From the IMG/VR virus record IMGVR_UViG_2671180366_000008: a DNA stretch of 7,364 nt. One strand, given 5' to 3'. The notes beneath the pieces are model-generated. The model saw nothing but the letters and a program-made list of their open reading frames with translations. It had not been told where the DNA came from and did not search any database. This DNA comes from a virus (lineage: Duplodnaviria > Heunggongvirae > Uroviricota > Caudoviricetes). Positions within the stretch are counted from its first letter, which is position 1. Every line of letters starts with the position of its first letter. The translations under genes were made by a program, and so were the position numbers. Of this stretch, positions 1 to 7,364 are shown piece after piece.

Positions 1-753
1 AATCCGCTGGCGCTGAATAACGTCATGTCAGAGCAGAAAAAGACCTGGGCGGCTGAAGACCTGCTTCGCGGGAACTGGATGGCAGGCCTCAGGTCCGGCT
101 GGAGTGAGTGGGAAGAGAGTGCCACGGACAGTATGTCGCAGGTAAAAAGTGCTGCCACGCAGACCTTTGATGGTATTGCACAGAATATGGCGGCGATGCT
201 GACCGGCAGTGAGCAGAACTGGCGCAGCTTCACCCGCTCCGTGCTGTCCATGATGACAGAAATTCTGCTTAAGCAGGCAATGGTGGGGATTGTCGGGAGT
301 ATCGGCAGCGCTATTGGCGGGGCTGTTGGTGGTGGCGCATCCGCGTCAGGCGGTACAGCCATTCAGGCAGCTGCGGCGAAATTCCATTTTGCGACCGGAG
401 GATTTACGGGAACCGGCGGCAAATATGAGCCAGCGGGGATTGTCCACCGCGGGGAGTTTGTCTTCACGAAGGAGGCAACCAGCCGGATTGGTGTCGGGAA
501 CCTGTACCGCCTGATGCGGGGCTATGCGGAAGGGGGGTATGTGGGTGCTGCCGGAAGTCCGGCGCAGATGCGGCGGGCCGAAGGCATTAATTTTAATCAG
601 AACAATCACGTGGTGATTCAGAACGACGGTATCAACGGACAGGCCGGGCCGCAGCTGATGAAAGCGGTGTATGAGATGGCCCGTAAAGGTGCGCAGGATG
701 AGCTCCGGCTGCAGTTGCGTGATGGCGGTCTGTTATCGGGGAGCGGGCGATGA
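1..753 (+). CDS. H: Tail tape measure protein, C-terminal fragment (5' end lies outside the window)
   Basis: The reading frame is open from base 1 with no stop until TGA at 751-753; the supplied ORF (25..753) is only the part after the first in-frame ATG. The translation has a Gly/Ala-rich flexible stretch (GSIGSAIGGAVGGGASASGG) and sits immediately upstream of the M-L-K-I-J tail-tip genes. Its stop overlaps the M start (ATGA). Confidence 0.88.
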   Translation, partial: NPLALNNVMSEQKKTWAAEDLLRGNWMAGLRSGWSEWEESATDSMSQVKSAATQTFDGIAQNMAAMLTGSEQNWRSFTRSVLSMMTEILLKQAMVGIVGSIGSAIGGAVGGGASASGGTAIQAAAAKFHFATGGFTGTGGKYEPAGIVHRGEFVFTKEATSRIGVGNLYRLMRGYAEGGYVGAAGSPAQMRRAEGINFNQNNHVVIQNDGINGQAGPQLMKAVYEMARKGAQDELRLQLRDGGLLSGSGR

Positions 754-1079
754 AAACATTTCGCTGGAAAGTGAAGCCGGATATGGAGGTGAACTCGCAG
801 CCATCGGTGCGTGAAGTGCGTTTTGGTGACGGGTACTCACAGCGTATGGCGGCAGGGCTGAATGCTGACCTGAAAACATACAGGGTGACGCTTTCCGTGA
901 CCCGGGAGGAGGCCCGGCATCTGGAAGCGTTCCTGGCAGAGCACGGTGGCTGGAAGGCATTTTTGTGGAAGCCACCCTATGCATACCGGCAGATAAAGGT
1001 GACCTGTGCCGGGTGGTCTGCGCGGGTCGGGATGTTGCGCGTTGAGTTCAGCGCGGAGTTTAAGCAGGTGGTGAACTGA
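750..1079 (+). CDS. M: Tail tip assembly protein gpM (109 aa)
   Basis: 109-aa ORF (MKTFRWKVKPDMEVNS...) with its start overlapping the H stop in ATGA (750-753). Size and position match lambda gpM. Its stop (1077-1079) overlaps the L start in TGATG. Confidence 0.93.
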   Translation: MKTFRWKVKPDMEVNSQPSVREVRFGDGYSQRMAAGLNADLKTYRVTLSVTREEARHLEAFLAEHGGWKAFLWKPPYAYRQIKVTCAGWSARVGMLRVEFSAEFKQVVN

Positions 1080-1777
1080 TGCAGGATATTCGCGAAGAAA
1101 GTCTGAACGAGTCGGTTAAGTCAGAGCAGTCACCGCGGGTGGTACTCTGGGAAATCGACCTGACGGTACAGGGTGGTGAGCGGTATTTTTTCTGTAATGA
1201 GCTGAATGAAAAAGGGGAGCCGGTCACCTGGCAGGGGCGTAAGTATGAGGCATACCCGATTGACGGCAGCGGCTTTGAGATGAACGGCCGGGGCAGCAGT
1301 GCCAGACCGTCGCTGACGGTGTCCAATCTGTTCGGTCTGGTCACCGGGATGGCGGAAGACCTGCAGAGTCTGGTGGGGGCCACGGTGGTCCGCCGCCGGG
1401 TGTATGCCCGTTTTCTGGATGCGGTGAATTTCGTTGCGGGCAATCCGGAGGCGGACCCGGAGCAGGAGCTGAGTGACCGCTGGGTGGTGGAGCAGATGTC
1501 GCAGCTGACAGCCATGACGGCCTCGTTTGTGCTGGCTACACCGACCGAGACGGACGGGGCGCTGTTTCCCGGTCGCATCATGCTGGCGAACACCTGTATG
1601 TGGGATTACCGGGGAGATGAATGCGGGTATAACGGTCCTGCGGTGGCGGATGAGTTCGACAACCCCACCACGGATATCCGTAAGGACAGATGCAGCAAGT
1701 GCATGCGCGGTTGTAAGTTGCGCAGGAATGTCGGCAACTTTGGCGGCTTCCTTTCCATTAATAAACTTTCGCAGTAA
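1079..1777 (+). CDS. L: Tail tip protein gpL (232 aa), with C-terminal cysteine cluster
   Basis: 232-aa ORF (MQDIREESLNESVKSEQSPRVVLWEIDL...), translationally coupled to M. The C-terminus has a cluster of Cys residues (CMWDYRGDECGYNG...CSKCMRGC), consistent with the Fe-S-binding C-terminal domain described for lambda gpL. Same length as lambda L. Confidence 0.93.
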   Translation: MQDIREESLNESVKSEQSPRVVLWEIDLTVQGGERYFFCNELNEKGEPVTWQGRKYEAYPIDGSGFEMNGRGSSARPSLTVSNLFGLVTGMAEDLQSLVGATVVRRRVYARFLDAVNFVAGNPEADPEQELSDRWVVEQMSQLTAMTASFVLATPTETDGALFPGRIMLANTCMWDYRGDECGYNGPAVADEFDNPTTDIRKDRCSKCMRGCKLRRNVGNFGGFLSINKLSQ

Positions 1778-1787
1778 ATCCCGGTTT

Positions 1788-2531
1788 ATGACACAGACTG
1801 AATCAGCGATTCTGGCGCATGCCCGGCGGTGTGCGCCTGCGGAGTCGTGCGGCTTCGTGATAAGCACGCCGGAGGGGGAGTGGTATATCCCTTGTGTGAA
1901 TATTTCTGCAGAGCCGGAGGCGTATTTTCGTATCGCACCGGAAGACTGGCTGCGGGCAGAGATGCAGGGGGAGATTGTGGCACTGGTCCACAGTCATCCC
2001 GGTGGGCTGCCCTGGCTGAGCGAGGCTGACCGGCGGCTGCAGATAAAAAGCGCACTGCCCTGGTGGCTGGTCTGCCGGGGTGACATTCACAAATTCCGCT
2101 GTGTGCCACATCTGACAGGACGGCGCTTTGAGCACGGGGTGACGGACTGTTACACGCTGTTCCGGGATGCTTATCATCTGGCGGGGACTGAAATGCCGGA
2201 TTTTCATCGCGAGGATGACTGGTGGCGCAACGGCCAGAACCTTTACCTGGACAATATGGCGGTCACCGGCTTTTACCGGGTGCCCCTGTCCTCTGCACAG
2301 GCGGGCGATATTCTGCTGTGCTGCTTTGGTGCTTCGGTACCGAACCATGCCGCCATTTACTGCGGCAACGGTGAGCTGCTTCACCATCTGCCTGAACAAC
2401 TGAGTAAACGGGAGAGGTATTCCGAAAAATGGCAACGACGAACGCATTCAGTCTGGCGTCACCGCCACTGGCACGCATCTGCCTTCACGGGGATTTACAA
2501 CGATTTGGCCGCCGCCTCAGCCTGTATGTGA
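1788..2531 (+). CDS. K: Tail tip assembly protein gpK with JAMM/MPN metalloprotease and NlpC/P60-like domains (247 aa from ATG 1788; alternative internal start at ATG 1962)
   Basis: The frame is open from the ATG at 1788 (MTQTESAILAHARRCAPAESCGFV...), 11 nt after the L stop, and runs to the stop ending at 2531. It contains a JAMM motif, HSHPGGLPWLSEAD (H-x-H-x7-S-x2-D), with an upstream Glu in ...PEGEWY. A downstream Cys (VTDCYTLFRD) and His (ELLHHLPE) pair is consistent with an NlpC/P60-type fold. The supplied ORF 1527..2531 is the same frame extended back into L. The start is uncertain because no strong SD precedes 1788. Confidence 0.85.
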   Translation: MTQTESAILAHARRCAPAESCGFVISTPEGEWYIPCVNISAEPEAYFRIAPEDWLRAEMQGEIVALVHSHPGGLPWLSEADRRLQIKSALPWWLVCRGDIHKFRCVPHLTGRRFEHGVTDCYTLFRDAYHLAGTEMPDFHREDDWWRNGQNLYLDNMAVTGFYRVPLSSAQAGDILLCCFGASVPNHAAIYCGNGELLHHLPEQLSKRERYSEKWQRRTHSVWRHRHWHASAFTGIYNDLAAASACM

Positions 2532-3109
2532 ACACGGCAGCGGAAGCCATTCGCGCCCTGTCGATGCAGATGCCGGGCTTTCGCCGTCAGATGAACGAAG
2601 GCTGGTACCAGATACGTATTGCCGGTTATGACACGGCACCGGAGGCGGTGTACGCCCGTCTTCACGAACAGCTGGGTGAGGGAACGGTCATCCACATTGT
2701 GCCGCGACTGGCCGGGGCCGGAAAGGGTGGACTGCAGATTGTGCTGGGGGCGGCAGCCATCGTGGGCTCTTTCTTCACTGCCGGGGCATCAATGGCGTTA
2801 TGGGGTTCAGCCCTGGCAGCCGGTGGTTTTTCTGCCACCACGATGCTGTTTTCACTTGGAGCCAGCATGATTCTGGGCGGTGTGGCCCAGATGCTGGCCC
2901 CGAAGGCAAAAACACCGGATTACCGCGCAACGGATAACGGCAGACAGAACACGTACTTTTCCTCACTGGATAACATGATTGCCCAGGGGAACCCGATGCC
3001 GGTGCCTTACGGGGAAATGCTGGTTGGCTCCCGCCGTATATCCCAGGACATCAGCACCCGTGATGAAGGCGGGGGCGGAAAGGTCGTGGTTATCGGGCGG
3101 CAGGGGTAA
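2429..3109 (+). CDS. I: Tail tip assembly protein gpI (226 aa)
   Basis: 226-aa ORF (MATTNAFSLASPPLARICLHGDLQRFGRRL...) starting 103 nt inside the 3' end of K in a different frame. A purine-rich SD-like GGGAGAGG lies about 11 nt upstream of the ATG. The C-terminal half is hydrophobic and Gly/Ala-rich (GAAAIVGSFFTAGASMALWGSALAAGGF...), as in lambda gpI. The K/I overlap length matches my recollection of the lambda arrangement. Confidence 0.85.
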   Translation: MATTNAFSLASPPLARICLHGDLQRFGRRLSLYVNTAAEAIRALSMQMPGFRRQMNEGWYQIRIAGYDTAPEAVYARLHEQLGEGTVIHIVPRLAGAGKGGLQIVLGAAAIVGSFFTAGASMALWGSALAAGGFSATTMLFSLGASMILGGVAQMLAPKAKTPDYRATDNGRQNTYFSSLDNMIAQGNPMPVPYGEMLVGSRRISQDISTRDEGGGGKVVVIGRQG

Positions 3110-3155
3110 AAAGAATAAAAAAATCCCGCAGTGATCGCGGACAGGAACTGCGGGA
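3110..3155 (-). terminator. Putative rho-independent terminator oriented for minus-strand transcription
   Basis: An 8-bp inverted repeat, TCCCGCAG (3124-3131) and CTGCGGGA (3148-3155), flanks a 16-nt loop. It is immediately preceded on the + strand by the A-tract AAAGAATAAAAAAA (3110-3123), which reads as a hairpin followed by a T-tract on the minus strand. It sits directly after the I stop codon. Confidence 0.5.
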
Positions 3156-3319
3156 GAGTTACGAAGATTAAGTGTAAGGAATTATTCTTATATCACGACA
3201 AAAAAATTAACGCAGAGAAATTATACGCGCCACAGTCAGTTTGTGAAAATGTGAAGATATTCAGAATTTTTATGCCATTACCGGTTTTAACCAACAGGAT
3301 TATCGGTGGGCATGAAAGA

Positions 3320-3358
3320 AAACCCCGGTATCTGCTGATACCGGGGTTTCTCTTTAGC
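3320..3358. terminator. Perfect 13-bp stem-loop with T-rich flanks on both strands (bidirectional terminator-like hairpin)
   Basis: AAACCCCGGTATC (3320-3332), loop TGCT, GATACCGGGGTTT (3337-3349): a perfect inverted repeat with a GC-rich stem base. It is followed on the + strand by CTCTTT and preceded by GAAAGAA, which gives a TTCTTTC tract after the hairpin on the minus strand. Confidence 0.55.
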
Positions 3359-3452
3359 ATGGCAGAAATGTGTTTCATGCTTTTCGGGCGAAGGATATCC
3401 GACTTCTGTACGGAATGGCAAGTGGCGGTTAATTTATTCAGGGGAAGGCTGT

Positions 3453-6400
3453 ATGGGAAAAGGTGGCGGTAAGGCACACACGCCTCGTGAGGCGAAGGAT
3501 AATCTCAAATCCACGCAGATGATGAGCGTGATTGATGCGATTGGTGAGGGACCGATAGAAGGTCCGGTGAAGGGACTGCAGAGTATCCTGGTGAACAAAA
3601 CCCCGCTGACGGACACGGACGGTAATCCCGTGATACACGGTGTGACGGCGGTCTGGCGCGCCGGGGAGCAGGAGCAGACACCACCGGAAGGCTTTGAGTC
3701 CTCCGGTGCTGAAACCGGACTGGGCGTGGAAGTGACGAAGGCAAAACCGGTGACGCGCACCATTACGTCCGCGAACATTGACCGCCTGCGGGTTACCTTC
3801 GGGGTGCAGTCACTGGTGCAGACCACGTCAAAGGGCGACCGTAATCCTTCCTCTGTCCGGATTCTGATTCAGTTACAGCGTAATGGCCGCTGGGTGACGG
3901 AAAAGGATGTCACCATTAACGGCAAGACCACCTCGCAGTTCCTGGCCTCGGTGATTCTGGATAACCTGCCGCCGCGCCCGTTCAATATCCGGATGCGCAG
4001 GATGACGCCGGACAGCACCACAGACCAGCTGCAGAACAAAACGCTCTGGTCGTCATACACCGAAATCATCGATGTGAAACAGTGCTACCCGAACACGGCC
4101 ATTGTGGGGCTGCAGGTGGATGCGGAGCAGTTCGGCGGCCAGCAGATGACGGTGAACTACCATATCCGCGGTCGCATCATCCAGGTGCCGTCAAACTATG
4201 ACCCGGAAAAACGCACGTACAGTGGTATCTGGGACGGCAGTCTGAAACCGGCATACAGCAACAACCCGGCCTGGTGCCTGTGGGACATGCTGACTCACCC
4301 GCGCTACGGCATGGGAAAACGTCTGGGGGCGGCGGATGTGGACAAGTGGGCGCTGTATGCCATCGGGCAGTACTGCGACCAGACGGTCCCGGATGGTTTC
4401 GGGGGGACCGAGCCGCGGATGACCTTTAATGCGTACCTGGCACAACAGCGTAAGGCGTGGGACGTTCTCAGTGATTTCTGCTCTGCGATGCGCTGTATGC
4501 CGGTATGGAACGGCCAGACGCTGACGTTCGTTCAGGACCGTCCGTCGGATGTGGTGTGGCCGTACACCAACAGCGATGTGGTGGTGGATGATAACGGCGT
4601 GGGTTTCCGCTACAGCTTCAGTGCCCTGAAGGACCGGCACACGGCAGTGGAGGTGAATTACACCGACCCGCAGAACGGCTGGCAGACCTCCACGGAACTG
4701 GTGGAAGACCCGGAAGCCATACTGCGCTACGGACGCAACCTGCTGAAGATGGACGCGTTCGGCTGTACCAGCCGCGGTCAGGCCCACCGTGCCGGGCTGT
4801 GGGTGATAAAGACCGAACTGCTGGAAACGCAGACGGTGGATTTCACGCTCGGGTCACAGGGGCTGCGTCACACACCCGGTGACATCATTGAAATCTGTGA
4901 TAACGACTATGCCGGGACCATGACCGGCGGACGTGTCCTGTCCATCGATGCCGCCAGCCGTACCCTGACGCTGGACCGGGAGGTGACACTGCCGGAGACC
5001 GGCACGGCCACTGTTAATCTGATTAACGGCAGCGGTAAGCCGGCGAGCGTGGTCATCACCGCACACCCCGCGCCTGACCGGATACAGGTCAGCACCCTGC
5101 CGGATGGTGTGGAGGCATACGGGGTGTGGGGACTCTCCCTGCCGTCACTGCGCCGTCGCCTGTTCCGCTGTGTCTCCGTCCGGGAAAACACGGACGGCAC
5201 CTTTGCCATCACGGCGGTGCAGCACGTACCGGAAAAAGAAGCCATCGTGGATAACGGTGCCCGCTTTGAGCCGCAGTCAGGTTCCCTGAACAGCGTCATC
5301 CCACCGGCAGTGCAGCACCTGACGGTGGAGGTGAGCGCAGCTGACGGACAGTATCTGGCGCAGGCGAAATGGGACACGCCGCGGGTGGTGAAGGGTGTGC
5401 GCTTCAGTCTGCGCCTGACCAGTGGTAAGGGAACGGATGCCAGACTGGTGACCACCGCCATCACCGCAGACACGGAGCACCGTTTCAGCGGCCTGCCGTT
5501 CGGGGAATACACCCTGACGGTGCGGGCGATAAACAGCTATGGCCAGCAGGGTGAACCTGCCACCACCACATTCCGGATTGCCGCACCGGCAGCACCGTCG
5601 CGGATTGAGCTGACGCCGGGCTATTTTCAGATAACGGCGGTCCCGCGTCTTGCGGTGTATGACCCGACGGTACAGTTTGAGTTCTGGTTCTCGGAAAAGC
5701 GGATTGCGGATATCAGGCAGGTTGAAACCGCAGCCCGCTATCTTGGCTCGGCGCTGTACTGGATAGCTGCCAGTATCAATATCAAACCGGGCCATGATTA
5801 TTATTTTTACATCCGCAGTGTGAACACCGTTGGCAAATCGGCATTTGTGGAGGCTGTTGGCCAGCCGAGTGATGATGCATCCGGCTATCTGAATTTTTTC
5901 AAAGGAGAGATAGGGAAAACCCATCTGGCTCAGGAGTTGTGGACGCAGATTGATAACGGTCAGCTTGCGCCTGACCTGGCTGAAATCAGGACGTCCATTA
6001 CGGATGTCAGCAATGAAATCACGCAGACCGTCAATAAAAAACTGGAAAATCAGAGTGCGGCAATCCAGCAGATACAGAAGGTTCAGGTTGATACAAATAA
6101 TAATCTGAACAGCATGTGGGCTGTGAAGCTGCAGCAGATGCAGGACGGACGCCTTTATATTGCGGGTATCGGTGCCGGTATTGAGAATACGCCAGCAGGA
6201 ATGCAGAGTCAGGTGCTGCTGGCGGCAGACAGGATTGCGATGATTAATCCTGCGAATGGCAACACAAAGCCGATGTTTGTTGGTCAGGGCGATCAGATAT
6301 TCATGAACGAAGTGTTCCTGAAATACCTGACGGCTCCCACCATTACCAGCGGCGGTAATCCTCCGGCATTTTCCCTGACACCGGACGGAAAACTGACCGC

Positions 6401-6926
6401 TAAAAATGCAGATATCAGTGGCAGTGTGAATGCGAACGCCGGGACGCTCAACAATGTCACAATTAATGAGAACTGTCAGATTAAGGGGAAACTGTCAGCC
6501 AACCAGATTGAAGGCGATATAGTCAAAACAGTGGGTAAGGCTTTCCCCCGTGACTCCCGTGCACCGGAGCGTTGGCCATCAGGAACCATTACCGTCAGGG
6601 TTTATGACGATCAGCCGTTTAACCGGCAGATTGTTATTCCGGCGGTGGCTTTCAGCGGTGCCAGACATGAGCGGGAGAACAGCGATACTTATTCGTCATG
6701 CCGCCTGATAGTACGGAAAAACGGTGCTGAAATTTATAACCGTACCGCGCTGGATAATACGCTGATTTACAGTGGTGTTATTGATATGCCTGCTGGTCGC
6801 GGCCACATGACGCTGGAGTTTTCTGTATCAGCATGGTGGGTAAATGGCTGGTATCCCACAGCAAGTATCAGCGATTTGCTGGTTGTTGTGATGAAGAAAG
6901 CCACCGCAGGCATCAGTATCAGCTGA
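3453..6926 (+). CDS. J: Central tail fibre / host specificity protein gpJ (1157 aa)
   Basis: Uninterrupted 1157-aa ORF with the SD-like GGGGAAGG 5-6 nt upstream of the ATG. The N-terminus ([22 protein letters not shown]...) and conserved blocks ([32 protein letters not shown]; [16 protein letters not shown]; [21 protein letters not shown]; [38 protein letters not shown]) are those I recall for lambda-family J proteins. Lambda J is 1132 aa from memory. Confidence 0.96.
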   Translation: MGKGGGKAHTPREAKDNLKSTQMMSVIDAIGEGPIEGPVKGLQSILVNKTPLTDTDGNPVIHGVTAVWRAGEQEQTPPEGFESSGAETGLGVEVTKAKPVTRTITSANIDRLRVTFGVQSLVQTTSKGDRNPSSVRILIQLQRNGRWVTEKDVTINGKTTSQFLASVILDNLPPRPFNIRMRRMTPDSTTDQLQNKTLWSSYTEIIDVKQCYPNTAIVGLQVDAEQFGGQQMTVNYHIRGRIIQVPSNYDPEKRTYSGIWDGSLKPAYSNNPAWCLWDMLTHPRYGMGKRLGAADVDKWALYAIGQYCDQTVPDGFGGTEPRMTFNAYLAQQRKAWDVLSDFCSAMRCMPVWNGQTLTFVQDRPSDVVWPYTNSDVVVDDNGVGFRYSFSALKDRHTAVEVNYTDPQNGWQTSTELVEDPEAILRYGRNLLKMDAFGCTSRGQAHRAGLWVIKTELLETQTVDFTLGSQGLRHTPGDIIEICDNDYAGTMTGGRVLSIDAASRTLTLDREVTLPETGTATVNLINGSGKPASVVITAHPAPDRIQVSTLPDGVEAYGVWGLSLPSLRRRLFRCVSVRENTDGTFAITAVQHVPEKEAIVDNGARFEPQSGSLNSVIPPAVQHLTVEVSAADGQYLAQAKWDTPRVVKGVRFSLRLTSGKGTDARLVTTAITADTEHRFSGLPFGEYTLTVRAINSYGQQGEPATTTFRIAAPAAPSRIELTPGYFQITAVPRLAVYDPTVQFEFWFSEKRIADIRQVETAARYLGSALYWIAASINIKPGHDYYFYIRSVNTVGKSAFVEAVGQPSDDASGYLNFFKGEIGKTHLAQELWTQIDNGQLAPDLAEIRTSITDVSNEITQTVNKKLENQSAAIQQIQKVQVDTNNNLNSMWAVKLQQMQDGRLYIAGIGAGIENTPAGMQSQVLLAADRIAMINPANGNTKPMFVGQGDQIFMNEVFLKYLTAPTITSGGNPPAFSLTPDGKLTAKNADISGSVNANAGTLNNVTINENCQIKGKLSANQIEGDIVKTVGKAFPRDSRAPERWPSGTITVRVYDDQPFNRQIVIPAVAFSGARHERENSDTYSSCRLIVRKNGAEIYNRTALDNTLIYSGVIDMPAGRGHMTLEFSVSAWWVNGWYPTASISDLLVVVMKKATAGISIS

Positions 6927-6944
6927 ATTTTATAACCCATATAC

Positions 6945-6972
6945 GGGCGCCAGAAATGGCGCCTTTTTTATT
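6945..6972 (+). terminator. Rho-independent terminator downstream of J
   Basis: The stem GGCGCCA (6946-6952), loop GAAA and TGGCGCC (6957-6963) are followed directly by TTTTTTATT (6964-6972), 20 nt after the J stop. Confidence 0.75.
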
Positions 6973-6993
6973 GCAGAAAAGCGAGAGGTAATT

Positions 6994-7364
6994 ATGCGTA
7001 AAGTTTGTGCAGCCATTTTGTCCGCAGCCATCTGTCTGTCCGTATCCGGTGCGCCTGCATGGGCGTCTGAACATCAGTCCACACTGAGCGCGGGGTATCT
7101 TCATGCCCGTACGAACGCTCCCGGCAGCGATAATCTGAACGGGATTAACGTGAAATACCGTTATGAGTTTACGGACGCGCTGGGGCTGATTACGTCCTTC
7201 AGTTATGCCAATGCTGAGGATGAGCAAAAAACGCACTACAGCGATACCCGCTGGCATGAAGATTCCGTGCGTAACCGCTGGTTCAGCGTGATGGCGGGGC
7301 CGTCTGTACGCGTGAATGAATGGTTCAGCGCGTATGCGATGGTGGGTGTGGCTTACAGCCGTGT
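6994..7364 (+). CDS. lom: Lom-like outer membrane protein (Ail/Lom/PagC family), N-terminal part; the ORF continues past the window end
   Basis: ATG at 6994 is preceded by the SD-like GAGAGG (6983-6988). The translation MRKVCAAILSAAICLSVSGAPAWA/SEHQSTLSAGYLHARTNAPGSDNLNGINVKYRYEFTD... has a signal peptide with an AxA cleavage site, followed by alternating-hydrophobic beta-strand segments (WFSVMAGPSVRVNEWFSAYAMVGVAYSRV). It lies immediately downstream of J, as in lambda. Confidence 0.9.
   Translation, partial: MRKVCAAILSAAICLSVSGAPAWASEHQSTLSAGYLHARTNAPGSDNLNGINVKYRYEFTDALGLITSFSYANAEDEQKTHYSDTRWHEDSVRNRWFSVMAGPSVRVNEWFSAYAMVGVAYSR

Noticed and set aside
290-360. Gly/Ala-rich coding stretch in H (GSIGSAIGGAVGGGASASGG) as a possible DNA repeat
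   Set aside because: It is low-complexity protein linker sequence typical of tape measure proteins, not a tandem DNA repeat or a CRISPR-like array.
290-609. ORFs 290..514 (+) and 346..609 (-) inside the H 3' region
   Set aside because: They are alternative-frame or antisense artefacts within the tape measure coding frame, with no independent support.
1060-2447. Long minus-strand ORFs (1060..1593, 1130..1867, 1786..2109, 1803..2447) antisense to L and K
   Set aside because: They lie entirely inside well-supported + strand genes and have Arg/His/Pro-rich, low-complexity translations typical of antisense frames in GC-rich DNA. None has an RBS or a recognisable domain.
2619-2966. Small ORFs 2619..2870 (+), 2662..2868 (-) and 2775..2966 (-) inside I
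   Set aside because: They are overlapped by the better-supported I frame, which has an RBS and a lambda gpI-like sequence, and have no features of their own.
3200-3450. Sigma70-like promoter candidates in the island, on both strands (e.g. minus-strand TTGCCA, ~17 nt spacer, GATATC/ATATCC near 3395-3425; + strand TTGTGA at 3241)
   Set aside because: The -10 elements are poor matches to TATAAT, lacking the critical final T or with wrong spacing. I could not find a convincing -35/-10 pair by eye, so no promoter is called.
3131-3477. Candidate small proteins in the I-J island: + strand 3131..3472 (113 aa; internal Met at 3272) and - strand 3193..3477 (94 aa; internal Met at 3378)
   Set aside because: Neither has an SD-like sequence before any candidate start. 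Both read straight through the perfect 13-bp hairpin, and the annotated starts overlap the J start or RBS. The translations are low-complexity with no recognisable fold. A non-coding role is more likely, though a micro-protein cannot be excluded without ribosome profiling.
4191-5924. Minus-strand ORFs of 198-215 aa (4191..4787, 4907..5512, 5277..5924) and shorter ones inside J
   Set aside because: These are antisense to the uninterrupted 1157-aa J frame. Composition is Arg/Pro/His-rich with no motifs, so they are GC-driven open frames rather than genes.
6919-7257. Minus-strand ORF 6919..7257 (112 aa)
   Set aside because: It is antisense to the strongly supported lom frame and spans the J terminator, so it is an artefact.
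1-7364. Search for tRNA, CRISPR repeats, IS elements or inverted-repeat termini, integrase or att sites
   Set aside because: No regularly spaced direct repeats, cloverleaf-compatible segments or transposase-like ORFs were seen. The window is fully accounted for by the tail genes, the island and lom.

Overview
This window is the tail-tip / host-specificity module of a lambda-like (lambdoid) siphovirus or prophage, all on the + strand in the canonical order H(3' end)-M-L-K-I-J-lom. Gene junctions are tightly packed (H/M share ATGA, M/L share TGATG, K and I overlap by 103 nt in different frames), and the K product carries a clear JAMM/MPN metalloprotease motif plus an NlpC/P60-like Cys/His pair. 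Translated products look like close relatives of phage lambda gpH/gpM/gpL/gpK/gpI/gpJ/Lom, but this is not lambda itself. Identity is judged from the translations and remembered lambda organisation; no search was run. Most of the window is ordinary, well-understood phage structural DNA. Three things stand out. First, a ~340-bp AT-rich non-coding island lies between I and J (3110-3452) and carries two strong hairpins, one a minus-strand-oriented terminator and one a perfect 13-bp bidirectional terminator-like stem; from memory the lambda I-J gap is only ~60 bp. Second, J has a compositionally distinct AT-rich internal segment (about 5930-6200) and a C-terminal domain that may differ from lambda's, suggesting module exchange and possibly a different receptor. 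Third, a lom-type outer-membrane protein moron follows J behind its own terminator. No tRNA, rRNA, CRISPR, IS element or integrase is visible.
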